A stretch of 64,000 nt of DNA, from positions 545 to 64,544 of the forward strand of contig MFNV01000005.1 in the NCBI GenBank assembly GCA_001782165.1, in the 5' to 3' direction. Under the pieces are notes generated by a model, which did no database searches, was not told the origin of the DNA, and worked only from the letters and a program-made list of their open reading frames with translations. The stretch comes from Candidatus Levybacteria bacterium RIFCSPHIGHO2_01_FULL_41_15. Its GTDB lineage: Bacteria; Patescibacteriota; Microgenomatia; Levybacterales; UBA12049. Made by a program: the position numbers and the translations under genes. Positions 48,361 through 58,095 of the stretch are shown one piece after another. Every line of letters starts with the position of its first letter. The first letter of the stretch is position 1.

Positions 48361-50154
48361 TTATTTAACAGTAACGCTTTTGGCGAGATTGCGGGGTTTG
48401 TCCGGATCCTCAACTCCGCGTTCAAGCGCAAGAAAATAGGCAAGAAGCTGAGCAACTACAATCTGGGAAATCATTGTTGCCTCACCCAAGTCCCCTGTTG
48501 AAAGAAATTCCTCAAAAACCTCGTTGTTCCTAGGCCCTATTCCTATAATATACCCTCCCCTTGCTTTTACTTCCTGTGCGTTTGAAATTATCTCATCGTA
48601 TGTTTCATCATTTGGCGCAAAAACCATACATGGTGTTTTCTTATCAATAAGAGCGATTACTCCGTGCTTTAACTCTCCTGCGGCAAATCCTTCTGCATGA
48701 ATATAGGTAGCCTCCTTAATCTTCAAAGTTGCCTCAAGAGCAGTCGCATATGAAAGACCTCTTCCAATTACGTAAATATGCTCGTGGTCTTTTAACTTTC
48801 TGGCAATTTTTTTTATCTTGCCCACATATTCATCCTTTAGAATTTCTCCTACATTCCTAGACGATTTCAAGATTAGGGTCCGACCCTCTCTTAATTTATT
48901 TACTAGAGAATAGGCAATAAGCATCATGGTAGCTATCATTGCTGTTAAACTTTTGGTGGCAACTACTGCTTTTTCTGGACCGGCATTAAGAAGTATTTTG
49001 TAATCCGAAATTCTATACAAAGTTGATCCGAGGACGTTTACAATTCCGATAATCTTAGCTCCTTTTTTCTTTGCGCGAGTAACAGGTTCAATAACATCAA
49101 CAGATTCCCCGCTCTGGGAAATCGGTATTACAAGTGTTCCTTTTTCAATATAGTCCTCAAGATAATTAAATTCCGAACCTATAGCAAAATTTACATGTTT
49201 TTTGGCAATCTTTGAAAAGAGATAAGTCCCTGCAAGTGCTGAATAAGAGGCAGACCCGCATGCTATGAAAAACGTTCCAAAAGCATTTCTCACCAAATCT
49301 GAAATCTTTTTTATTTGGCTTGAGTTTGTAGCAATACCTTCTAAAACTTTTGGCTGTTCGTATATTTCTTTAAGAAAAAAGTGTTTAAACTTTCCTTTTT
49401 CTGCATCCTCAAATTTCCATGTTAAATTGCTAACTTTTGGTCTTATCTCTGAACCATTTGGCAAAATAATTAACTTAATTTTCTGTCCTAAAATTGCCAT
49501 TTGATTGTCTTCAAGAAAAATAACTTTACGGGTATGTTTTACAATTCCCGTTGCGTCTGAGGATACATATAGTCCATCTTTACTGACTCCGATTACAAGA
49601 GGGGAACCGTTTTTGGCGGCAATAATCTCGCTTGATTTTGCGTTTGCGACAACTATTGCATTTAATCCCTTGAGTTTATTAAAAGCATCACGAACAGAAG
49701 ATGCAAATCCCCGCCTTTTTAAAAATTCTTCTATCAAATGTGGAATCACTTCTGTATCTGTATCCGATACAAACCGGTGACCCTTCTTTATAAGATCATC
49801 CTTCAGCTCTTGAAAATTCTCAACAATTCCGTTGTGAACAACCGCAATACTTTTTGTACAATCTAAATGAGGGTGAGCGTTTATATCAGTAACTCCTCCG
49901 TGAGTTGCCCAACGGGTATGACCGATAGATAGCTCAGAGCTAAGAGTTGAGAGCTGAGAGTTGAGAGTTACATCGCCAATCTTTCCAACATGTTTCTCGA
50001 TAATAAATTTCGAATTTCTAATTTCTAATTTCGAAATTGGCTTTGCCCCTATCCCCCAACTATCATATCCTCTGTATTCCAGAAGCTTTAGACCCTGAAG
50101 AACTAACTTAGGAGCATTAGTTTTTTTACCGACGTAACCAAAAATACCACACAT
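48361..50154 (-). CDS. glmS: Glutamine-fructose-6-phosphate aminotransferase
   Basis: MCGIFG, LEYRGYDS, GHTRWATHG, PRNLAKSVTV. Confidence 0.97.
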   Translation of the reverse strand: MCGIFGYVGKKTNAPKLVLQGLKLLEYRGYDSWGIGAKPISKLEIRNSKFIIEKHVGKIGDVTLNSQLSTLSSELSIGHTRWATHGGVTDINAHPHLDCTKSIAVVHNGIVENFQELKDDLIKKGHRFVSDTDTEVIPHLIEEFLKRRGFASSVRDAFNKLKGLNAIVVANAKSSEIIAAKNGSPLVIGVSKDGLYVSSDATGIVKHTRKVIFLEDNQMAILGQKIKLIILPNGSEIRPKVSNLTWKFEDAEKGKFKHFFLKEIYEQPKVLEGIATNSSQIKKISDLVRNAFGTFFIACGSASYSALAGTYLFSKIAKKHVNFAIGSEFNYLEDYIEKGTLVIPISQSGESVDVIEPVTRAKKKGAKIIGIVNVLGSTLYRISDYKILLNAGPEKAVVATKSLTAMIATMMLIAYSLVNKLREGRTLILKSSRNVGEILKDEYVGKIKKIARKLKDHEHIYVIGRGLSYATALEATLKIKEATYIHAEGFAAGELKHGVIALIDKKTPCMVFAPNDETYDEIISNAQEVKARGGYIIGIGPRNNEVFEEFLSTGDLGEATMISQIVVAQLLAYFLALERGVEDPDKPRNLAKSVTVK

Positions 50155-50192
50155 AGATTAGAATATAAGACTTAAGATATAAGACTTAGGAC

Positions 50193-50669
50193 TTAAGAAT
50201 TAAGTATAATTGGGATAATTTCTTTTAAATTCTCCACTTCTGTATCCGGCTTAAACTCTGGGATTGGTTTTTGATTTTTTGCATACATACCTCGCTTCAC
50301 CCAAATTGCAAAAAGGGAAGGAGAAATAGTTTTTGCCAAATGTAATATTGACAGTTTATCATCAATAAGAAAGACTTTCTTGTCTTTATATTTTCGTAAA
50401 ACTTTTTTTAATATTTTTTCTTTTTTTTCGGTAATATGCATATGGGCTTTAAGAAAATGCTTTTGAATATCTGTTCTAAAAAGTTTGTTTTTTTGAAATT
50501 CTAAATCTCCTTCCGAGAATATACCTAAAATCCCGACTTTTCCAAGCTCTTTCAAAACATTATTTACTTCATCATAAACAGAATGTTTTTTAAGATCGGT
50601 TTGTTTAAAAACATCAGTATTAAATAACGTGTAATCAATATCAAAGAGAATAATTTTTTGATATTTCAT
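50193..50669 (-). CDS. HAD-superfamily hydrolase
   Basis: ILFDIDYTLF and LIDDK motifs. Confidence 0.8.
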   Translation of the reverse strand: MKYQKIILFDIDYTLFNTDVFKQTDLKKHSVYDEVNNVLKELGKVGILGIFSEGDLEFQKNKLFRTDIQKHFLKAHMHITEKKEKILKKVLRKYKDKKVFLIDDKLSILHLAKTISPSLFAIWVKRGMYAKNQKPIPEFKPDTEVENLKEIIPIILNS

Positions 50670-50735
50670 ATTTCGGTTGGTTCGACTATGCTCACCACAA
50701 GTTCACTCAATATGATCCTGAGCCTGCCGAATGGG

Positions 50736-51989
50736 TCATTTCTTCTCAATCACTTCCTGAAACTTTGTGTAATACTTTGTAGAATCCGGGACATTCTTTA
50801 AGACGACGGTCGATGGCCCAATAAGAGAATTATTTCCAATAATTACTCCAGGCATTGTTGAGGATTTAATGCCTATCCTTCCGTTGTTTCCTGTAATTAC
50901 TCCCAAACGCCTAAGTCCAGTTTTGACTTCTTCCTCATTTACCTTTACCTTGATTTTGCCTCTATCGAGTCTTACATTTGCTGTTGAGAAATCCGCCCCA
51001 ATCCTGCAATTTTGCCCCACAATGGAGTCGCCAATGTAACCTGAATGGGTTTTTGTTCCCGACATAATAAGGCTATTTTTAATCTCCATATTTGCTCCTA
51101 TTACACAGTTCTCTTCAATATCTGTTCCACCTCTCAAAACTACATTATTCCCGATTATTGAATTTCTCCCTATGAAGCAGGGTCCTTTGATTTTGGCTCC
51201 CTCCATTACAATCGCACCGTCTTCTATGACTGCGTTTCCTGCAATTTCTGCGCTTTCTGCAATCTTAGCGCTCCTTTTTATGGATTTTTTTGCAATTTTA
51301 AAAAGAGCATTTTTCATCTCAAGCAAATCCCAGGAGTATTTTAAGGAGGGGACCTCGTTTTGAGTTTCTACAAAGCTAACAAGAAAATCACCGCACAACC
51401 TGTCTATCGCCTTCTCAAGTCTATAGTGATCTCTCCCGGTTTCCTTAAGAATCTTCAGAAAATCTTTTGAGAAAAGATATATTCCTATTAGCCTTAAACT
51501 TGATGGTTCTTTACCTTTTTGGGGTTTTTCAACAAGACCCAAAACCCTGTCTTTTTCTACTTTTAACACTCCGTATTTTTCTAAATTGTCTTGTTTTCTT
51601 GCAAGAAGAACAGCTTTTGTTTCTTCTGTTTTTTTTCTGCCCATCAAATTTTTATAATCAGAAAAGTCAATTCTTGAAGCGTTAAGAAGAAAAAAATCTC
51701 CTTTTATGAGCTTCTCACAAAGAAGAAGCCCGTCACCTGCTCCGGAAGGCTTATCCTGTACTGCATATTGAATATTAACTCCGAAATTTTTTCCATTTCC
51801 AAAGATTCTTTTTATCTCAGAATCCCCGGAAACAACTAGAATGACTTCTTTTATTCCTGAGCTCCTTACGGACTCTAATGTATGGAGAACAATGGGTTTT
51901 CCAAAAATTTTTATTAAAGATTTGTGATGATATTGCGTATACGGATAAAACCGGCTTGAAATTCCCGCCGCAAGTATTACTGCCTGCAT
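50736..51989 (-). CDS. GlmU-like sugar-1-phosphate nucleotidyltransferase/acetyltransferase (archaeal-type)
   Basis: AVILAAG, EKP, hexapeptide repeats, HSGYIGDS. Confidence 0.85.
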   Translation of the reverse strand: MQAVILAAGISSRFYPYTQYHHKSLIKIFGKPIVLHTLESVRSSGIKEVILVVSGDSEIKRIFGNGKNFGVNIQYAVQDKPSGAGDGLLLCEKLIKGDFFLLNASRIDFSDYKNLMGRKKTEETKAVLLARKQDNLEKYGVLKVEKDRVLGLVEKPQKGKEPSSLRLIGIYLFSKDFLKILKETGRDHYRLEKAIDRLCGDFLVSFVETQNEVPSLKYSWDLLEMKNALFKIAKKSIKRSAKIAESAEIAGNAVIEDGAIVMEGAKIKGPCFIGRNSIIGNNVVLRGGTDIEENCVIGANMEIKNSLIMSGTKTHSGYIGDSIVGQNCRIGADFSTANVRLDRGKIKVKVNEEEVKTGLRRLGVITGNNGRIGIKSSTMPGVIIGNNSLIGPSTVVLKNVPDSTKYYTKFQEVIEKK

Positions 51990-51990
51990 A

Positions 51991-53319
51991 TTAGTCCTTC
52001 ACCCTTCTTATATCAGCGCCTAACAAATTTAGTCTTTTTTCAAATTGCTCATAACCTCTATCAAGATGCTCAACTCCAAATATTATACTTTTCCCTCTTG
52101 CTGCCAAAGATGCTAAAACCAGCGTTGCTCCTGCTCTAAGGTCTGAAATATTTATTGCAGCATTATGAAGTTTTATTGGGCCTATTATTTTTGCAGCATG
52201 TTTATATTCAGGCCTATTATCTTCATAGTTAAAGTTATAAAATTTTTCAGGATTTTTTACTTTGGGGTTAAAAAGCTCAATTTTAGAACCCATCTTTTGA
52301 AGTTCTTGAATATAGGAGAATCTGTTCTCGTAGACTGTTTCGTGAATAATGGATGTCCCTTCAGTCTGGGTCATAAGAATAAGCCACGGTCCCTGCCAAT
52401 CAGTCATAAAACCTGGATAGAAAGACGTAGTAATATTGGTAGGCTTTAACCGATTTTTATAAAAAAACCTTATTCCGTTTTTTTGTATTTCTATTCCTCC
52501 CCCTGCTTTCAAAAGCATTTTTAAAAACTCATCAAGACCTCTTGTGGTAATATCTTTTATTTTAACATCCCCCTTGGTAATTATTGCCGCAACAGCAAGG
52601 GTAACTGTCTCATTTCTGTCAGGCGGAATAGCAAATTTAACTCCGTGAAGCTTCTTAACTCCGTTTATTACAATCTCCCTTTTTGAAACTCTTTTTATCG
52701 AAGCTCCCATTTTGTTAAGAAGGTTTATAAGATCATCTATTTCAGGTTCTTCCGCAGCATTCTTAAGAACTGTTTTTCCTTTTACCAAAACTGAGGAAAG
52801 CATTAATGTTTCCGTACCGGTGTGGGTATTCTTGTCAAACTTATAAACTATCGGCCGGAGTTTATTTTTTACTCTAAAATAGAAATACCCATCGTCGCTA
52901 TCATAAACTGCATTTGTTCCCATTTTTTCAATTCCTTTAATAATTCTATCTATTGGTCTTGCTCCGATTCTGCAGCCTCCTGGATTTGGAATTTCTGCTT
53001 TTCCAACTCTTGAAAGAAGAGGAGCCATAAATAGAAAAGAGGTGCGAACAAGGACAGCTTTATCCAAAAGAACCCTGGTCTTTTTTATTTTATCTACCTT
53101 TATAATTACCCTGTGATCTTCGATTTTTACTTTTCCCCCAAGATCTTTAATAATATCAGCCATAACATAAAGATCTGAAATAAGAGGTATATTTTCTATT
53201 ACGACCTCCTCATCTGTAAGACAGGCAGCAACAAAAGCCTTAAGAGCCATATTTTTAGAGCCTGACACTTTTATTTCGCCTTTTAATGTTTTTCCTCCTG
53301 TCACAATAAATTGCTCCAT
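51991..53319 (-). CDS. murA: UDP-GlcNAc enolpyruvyl transferase
   Basis: SGSKN, PGGCRIGARP, YPGFMTD, DLRAG, LDRGY. Confidence 0.97.
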   Translation of the reverse strand: MEQFIVTGGKTLKGEIKVSGSKNMALKAFVAACLTDEEVVIENIPLISDLYVMADIIKDLGGKVKIEDHRVIIKVDKIKKTRVLLDKAVLVRTSFLFMAPLLSRVGKAEIPNPGGCRIGARPIDRIIKGIEKMGTNAVYDSDDGYFYFRVKNKLRPIVYKFDKNTHTGTETLMLSSVLVKGKTVLKNAAEEPEIDDLINLLNKMGASIKRVSKREIVINGVKKLHGVKFAIPPDRNETVTLAVAAIITKGDVKIKDITTRGLDEFLKMLLKAGGGIEIQKNGIRFFYKNRLKPTNITTSFYPGFMTDWQGPWLILMTQTEGTSIIHETVYENRFSYIQELQKMGSKIELFNPKVKNPEKFYNFNYEDNRPEYKHAAKIIGPIKLHNAAINISDLRAGATLVLASLAARGKSIIFGVEHLDRGYEQFEKRLNLLGADIRRVKD

Positions 53320-53327
53320 ATGGTTTC

Positions 53328-53369
53328 TAGTCTTTAGTCTTTAGTCTTTAGTCTTTAGTCTTTAGTCTT
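53328..53369. repeat. Perfect heptamer tandem repeat (TAGTCTT)x6 spanning the murC stop codon
   Basis: Read directly from the sequence. Confidence 0.95.
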
Positions 53370-54769
53370 TCGCTTATTTTATACACGTCTCCTGCTCCCA
53401 TCGTAATAACAATAAACCTCTCATCAAACTCTTTTTTATCGATATATTCTACCACAGAAGAAAGTTTAGGAAAAAAGAGAACATTGTTATGAATAAGGCT
53501 GATTTTTTTAGAAAGCAAATCTGAGGAAATAGTTTTGTCAGGTTCTTCCCGGGAAGAAGGATATATATCAGTAAGTACAACATAATCAGCATCTGAAAAA
53601 GAACTGACAAATTCTGAAAAAAACGTTTTGGTTCGGGAATAAGTATGAGGCTGAAATATGCATACGATTCTTTTTCCCGGGTAACTCTGCCGCAGGGCCT
53701 TTAGGGTTTTTCTTATTTCTGTAGGATGATGGGCATAATCATCAAATAAAAGAGCGCCGGATTCCAATCTTCCCATAAACTCAAACCTCCTTTTTGACCC
53801 TTTATAGCTGCTAATTGCCTTTTTGATTTTTTCTGAAGAAAAACCAAGCTCAATACAGGAAGCTACAGCTCCTAATCCATTTAAGGCATTAAATTCTCCC
53901 ATAACTTTAAGAGAAAATTCCCCCAGAGAGGTTCCCTTAAAACTTGCCCAAAAATAAACTTCTTTTTCCCGTACATGTACCTTATCAATAACATAATCGT
54001 TTAAAGGGGAGAAGCCATAAGTAACCTTGTTTCCTGAAAATTCCTGAATAAGTTTTTTGTTTTGTGGGTCATCTCTAGATAAAACAAGCACTCGGTCTTT
54101 AGGAAGCTGGTCTGCAAAGGCCAAAAAATTATTTCTCAATTGATTCTGATCTTTATAAATATCAGGGTGGTCAAATTCTATGTTTGTAAAAACTGCAAGC
54201 TGAGGGTGCTGCCATAAAAACTTGGGAGTTTGATCAAACTCAGGATCAGTAGCATATTCATCTGCCTCTGAAACAAAAAAATTTCCTTTTCCAAAATGAC
54301 CAGGAAGCCCAAGAGAAGGAATACTGCCTGTACCTATAATATATGAGGGATCGGCTGAAAGTTCATTTAAAATTGTCGCAATCATTGCTGTAACCGTAGT
54401 CTTGCCGTGAGACCCGGCTACAGAAACTCCCAGAAACTTCCTTTCGAAAATCTCTCCCTTCATAAATTCTCCCACTGCCTGTCCCTGCGTCCATACTTCT
54501 ATACCTTTTTTTCTCGCCTTTATAACTTCTGCATTCTTAAACCCTCCATGTGCTCCTGTTGCTATAACAAGATCAGGATCCTGAATATTTTTTTCGGAAA
54601 ATCTCTCAAAAACCCGTATACCTGATTCCTCAAGAGCATCATCTGTTATAAAAACTTGCGGAATGTCCGATCCCGTAACTTCGAATCCTCCCTCTTTTGA
54701 GATTATCGCAAGGGGGGTCATACCAACTCCCTTAATTCCGACAAAATGGATTTTTTTAATTTTTTTCAT
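53348..54769 (-). CDS. murC: UDP-MurNAc-L-alanine ligase
   Basis: IHFVGIKGVGM, GSHGKTT, EADE, DDYAHHPTE, FQPHTYSRT. Confidence 0.96.
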   Translation of the reverse strand: MKKIKKIHFVGIKGVGMTPLAIISKEGGFEVTGSDIPQVFITDDALEESGIRVFERFSEKNIQDPDLVIATGAHGGFKNAEVIKARKKGIEVWTQGQAVGEFMKGEIFERKFLGVSVAGSHGKTTVTAMIATILNELSADPSYIIGTGSIPSLGLPGHFGKGNFFVSEADEYATDPEFDQTPKFLWQHPQLAVFTNIEFDHPDIYKDQNQLRNNFLAFADQLPKDRVLVLSRDDPQNKKLIQEFSGNKVTYGFSPLNDYVIDKVHVREKEVYFWASFKGTSLGEFSLKVMGEFNALNGLGAVASCIELGFSSEKIKKAISSYKGSKRRFEFMGRLESGALLFDDYAHHPTEIRKTLKALRQSYPGKRIVCIFQPHTYSRTKTFFSEFVSSFSDADYVVLTDIYPSSREEPDKTISSDLLSKKISLIHNNVLFFPKLSSVVEYIDKKEFDERFIVITMGAGDVYKISERLKTKD

Positions 54770-56048
54770 CTAATCTTGCCTCTATGGCTTTTTTTACTGC
54801 TTTATATTCATCCCAAGGCTCTTCTCCGCGTCCATAGTTCATTGACTTCTCATGGGCCTTTCCGGTAATTATTACCAAATCTCCTTTCTTTGTCATTGCA
54901 ATTGCTGTATTGATTGCCTCTTGTCTATCTGGAATTTTGATTAATGTTTTATTCTGTATTCTGTATTCTGAATTCTGAATTCCAGAAGTTATGTCATTCA
55001 TAATGTTTTCAATGTTTTCCGATCGGGGATCTTCTGCGGTAACTATAACAATATCGCTAAGTCGACTTGAAATTTTACCCATCTTGGGTCTTTTCAATTT
55101 ATCTCTTTCCCCTGCGCAGCCGAATACATGAATAATCCTTCCTCTTATCTGCCCCCTTAAATAACTTAAGACTTGTTTAAACGAGTTTGGTGTATGCGCA
55201 AAATCTATCATAACCCTAAAACCTTTGTTATATACAAGATCCTGTCTTCCCAGAGGCGGTTCAAAAGATTCAACAGCCCTTTTTATAAGACTGTCTTTTA
55301 TCCCGAGTAATTTTGAAACTGTAACAGAGGCAAGTATGTTGTACCTGTTAAACTGACCTGCAATCTGGGACTCCATTTGAAAATTTTCCGGATTAACATC
55401 CGAGGCTTTTGACATTCCGTAAGTCACAGTCCTTCGAAATCCTGAAGCAGTTTTTTTAAGCTCCGATTTGACTAATGGGTAAGATTGATCATCTTTATTA
55501 ACCACGGCATTTGTAGAATTTCTAAGAAGTTTAAGTTTTGCCAAAACATAATTCTCGTAGGTCTTGTGATAATCAAGATGTTCCCATGTTACATTTGTTA
55601 TTACTCCGATATCAAAACTTATTCCAAAAACTCTGAATTGATCAAGAGAATGGGAAGTTACCTCCAAAACCAAGTATTTTTTCTTTCCTTTATTTTTCCC
55701 ATTTGCCCTGCCTGCCGCCCGCCTGCTCGCCCCGGTTCGTCGAAGCGGGCCGGACGGGAAGGGCAGGCAGGCCATTTTAATAAATTTCTGAAGAGCAAAA
55801 GGAGAAGGAGTTGTAACATGGAAAGGAAGAGGGTAGTTTTTTCCGTTTATCGAAGCTCCCACAGAGGAAATCATAGAAACATCTTTCCCACTGGTTCTAA
55901 GAATATGATAAATCAGAGAAACCGTAGTTGTTTTCCCATCGGTTCCGGTTACTCCGATAGCAGTCAGGTTTCTTGAGGGAAAACCATACCGTATATTGGC
56001 CGCAATTGCCATAATAAGATGATACAAATTCTTTATTCTTTGCCACAT
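54756..56048 (-). CDS. murE: MurE-family Mur ligase
   Basis: GVTGTDGKTT, EVTSH, EHLDYH, DFAHTP, VFGCAGERD, EDPR, TGKAHE. Confidence 0.9.
   Translation of the reverse strand: MWQRIKNLYHLIMAIAANIRYGFPSRNLTAIGVTGTDGKTTTVSLIYHILRTSGKDVSMISSVGASINGKNYPLPFHVTTPSPFALQKFIKMACLPFPSGPLRRTGASRRAAGRANGKNKGKKKYLVLEVTSHSLDQFRVFGISFDIGVITNVTWEHLDYHKTYENYVLAKLKLLRNSTNAVVNKDDQSYPLVKSELKKTASGFRRTVTYGMSKASDVNPENFQMESQIAGQFNRYNILASVTVSKLLGIKDSLIKRAVESFEPPLGRQDLVYNKGFRVMIDFAHTPNSFKQVLSYLRGQIRGRIIHVFGCAGERDKLKRPKMGKISSRLSDIVIVTAEDPRSENIENIMNDITSGIQNSEYRIQNKTLIKIPDRQEAINTAIAMTKKGDLVIITGKAHEKSMNYGRGEEPWDEYKAVKKAIEARLDEKN
55707..55771. repeat. GC-rich palindromic element in frame within murE
   Basis: Terminal inverted repeat CCTGCCTGCC / GGCAGGCAGG; encodes CLPFPSGPLRRTGASRRAAGR. 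Confidence 0.8.
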
Positions 56049-56082
56049 AGGTTCGTATTATACCTTTTTTTTGTATTCTTAT

Positions 56083-57765
56083 CTATTCACCGGAGGGAGA
56101 AATACCATAATACAGAAGAAGATCCCTTGCGATATCAAAAAAAACTGGAGCTGCTGTTTCGGATCCGTAAATAGAAGTCGTCGGTTTATCTAATATTACA
56201 ATCAGTGCAAATTTTGGATTATCGGCGGGAGCAAAACCGATGAAAGATGCAATAGTTTTGTGGGGATCATAGTGTCCTTCAATAGGTATTGAGGCAGTTC
56301 CCGTTTTGCCCGCAATTCTATAACCTTTAAGTCTTGTCCAGGATGCCTCGCCTTTGTTAACTGCGTTGACTAATATTTCGGTCATAATCTTTGCTGTCTG
56401 TGAAGATACTGTTCTTCCCAGTGTCTTCAGAGGAATTTTTGCACCCTCACCATCGGGAGACTGAACTCTGGCAACCACATGCGGCTCCATTCTCACTCCC
56501 TTATTGGCAACTGCAGAGAAAGCGCCAAGAAGCTGAATTGCCGTAACACTAATCCCTTGACCAAAACCTTTAGTAGCAAGATCAACCGGATACCATAAAT
56601 TTTCTTCAGGAAGAGGTTTTGAAACTTCTCCCTGAAGATCTATCCCGGTCGGTTCTCCAATTCCAAATTTTCCTAAATACTTTATCATATTATCTGTCCC
56701 AAGCCTTTGAGCTACATATACCATTCCGACATTATCAGAGTACCTTATTATATCAACCATATTGATATCCTCATGGTATTTGTTGTTCCATGTATGGATC
56801 TCATAGCCTCCAATAGAAACTGGCCCACCACATATAAGGCACTTCATTGAGGGTGTAACAAGTTTTAAATCTAAGGCCGAGGACATGACAACGGGCTTGA
56901 AGGTAGATCCAGGCTCGTACAAACTTGATATAAAAGGATTCTTATATAGTTCGGGTTCAAAATCCTTGTAATTATCTGGCGAATAAGATGGAAAAGAAGA
57001 TATGGCAAGAATATTTCCGGTTGACGGTTCCATCACTCCTGCCATTCCGCCTGAAGCTCCGTAGAATTCAATTGCCTTCTTTAATTTTTCCTCAACTATA
57101 AACTGAATGGTTCTATTTATATTTAAGACAAGCGTGCTTCCTTTTGTATTCTCGGTATCTTTATTTACCCTAGAAAGAATAGGCCTTCCCAGAGCGTCAA
57201 TCACCTCAACCGTTATTTCTTCCTTGCCGCGCAATAATCTGTCATAATATCCTTCGAGACCAAAATATCCTTGATCTTCTCCAGTCTCGGTTTTCCCTAC
57301 AAAACCCAAAAGATGCGAAGACAACGAGGCCTCCGGATAATATCTTTCAAATCTTTTCTCAAATCCAAGCCCAGGAATTTTTAGCTTTTCAATTTCTCTT
57401 TTTTTCTCAGGATCAACGCCGCTCTTTAAAGGAACCCAGAATTTATCAAGAGATAGCTGCGAGCTCACCGAAGCGTGGGAAATTTGAAGTTTTGAAGATA
57501 AAATTTCTGAAATTTTTTCTCTGTCTTTTATTTCTTTTGGATTTGCATATACGAGGTAGGAAATTTTATTCGTTGCGACAGGGAAGCCGTCGGATGTTTT
57601 TATCTCTCCCCTTTCAGGTAAATTCTTAATCACACTTGCGTATTGAGATTTTCCAAGAAGAGAAAGTTCCTGACCTTTTACTGCCTGCCAGTAAAAAAGC
57701 CTTGCAATTATTGCAGCAAAAAACAGAATTACAATTAATAAAATCAGACGATATCTCCATATCAT
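56083..57765 (-). CDS. ftsI: Class B penicillin-binding protein (FtsI)
   Basis: EPGSTFK (SxxK), SDN, KTG; dcw position. Confidence 0.9.
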   Translation of the reverse strand: MIWRYRLILLIVILFFAAIIARLFYWQAVKGQELSLLGKSQYASVIKNLPERGEIKTSDGFPVATNKISYLVYANPKEIKDREKISEILSSKLQISHASVSSQLSLDKFWVPLKSGVDPEKKREIEKLKIPGLGFEKRFERYYPEASLSSHLLGFVGKTETGEDQGYFGLEGYYDRLLRGKEEITVEVIDALGRPILSRVNKDTENTKGSTLVLNINRTIQFIVEEKLKKAIEFYGASGGMAGVMEPSTGNILAISSFPSYSPDNYKDFEPELYKNPFISSLYEPGSTFKPVVMSSALDLKLVTPSMKCLICGGPVSIGGYEIHTWNNKYHEDINMVDIIRYSDNVGMVYVAQRLGTDNMIKYLGKFGIGEPTGIDLQGEVSKPLPEENLWYPVDLATKGFGQGISVTAIQLLGAFSAVANKGVRMEPHVVARVQSPDGEGAKIPLKTLGRTVSSQTAKIMTEILVNAVNKGEASWTRLKGYRIAGKTGTASIPIEGHYDPHKTIASFIGFAPADNPKFALIVILDKPTTSIYGSETAAPVFFDIARDLLLYYGISPSGE

Positions 57766-57808
57766 ACATTCGATAAACTCAATATGATCCTGAGCTTACG
57801 TCGAAGGG

Positions 57809-58093
57809 TCATTGTTTAATTGCAAGGGGAATAGGCTTGTTAAAAGTGAAATTTCCTTTCCCTTCAACAAAACCCAAGAGCGAGGCTTGCGAGGAAATAT
57901 AATTTAAAGAAGAAAGTTTAAGAAGTTCTTTCTTAAGTCTTGAGTTTTCCAATCGAACAGAATCAAGTTCAGTTTGAATTTTACCAAGCTTAAGCCCTGC
58001 AATTGAGAGATTATTTAAGACAGCAGTCCTTGTCACGATAAGCCCCATGACTGATAAAATTATTAACGCTATAAGAATTTGATGTTTTTTCAT
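57809..58093 (-). CDS. ftsL: FtsL-like TM plus coiled-coil protein
   Basis: Lies between rsmH and ftsI; TM, coiled coil, A..LGF. Confidence 0.65.
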   Translation of the reverse strand: MKKHQILIALIILSVMGLIVTRTAVLNNLSIAGLKLGKIQTELDSVRLENSRLKKELLKLSSLNYISSQASLLGFVEGKGNFTFNKPIPLAIKQ

Positions 58094-58095
58094 AG

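Noticed and set aside
50155-50200. glmS ribozyme upstream of glmS
   Set aside because: The gap is only ~38 bp and is filled by a heptamer repeat.
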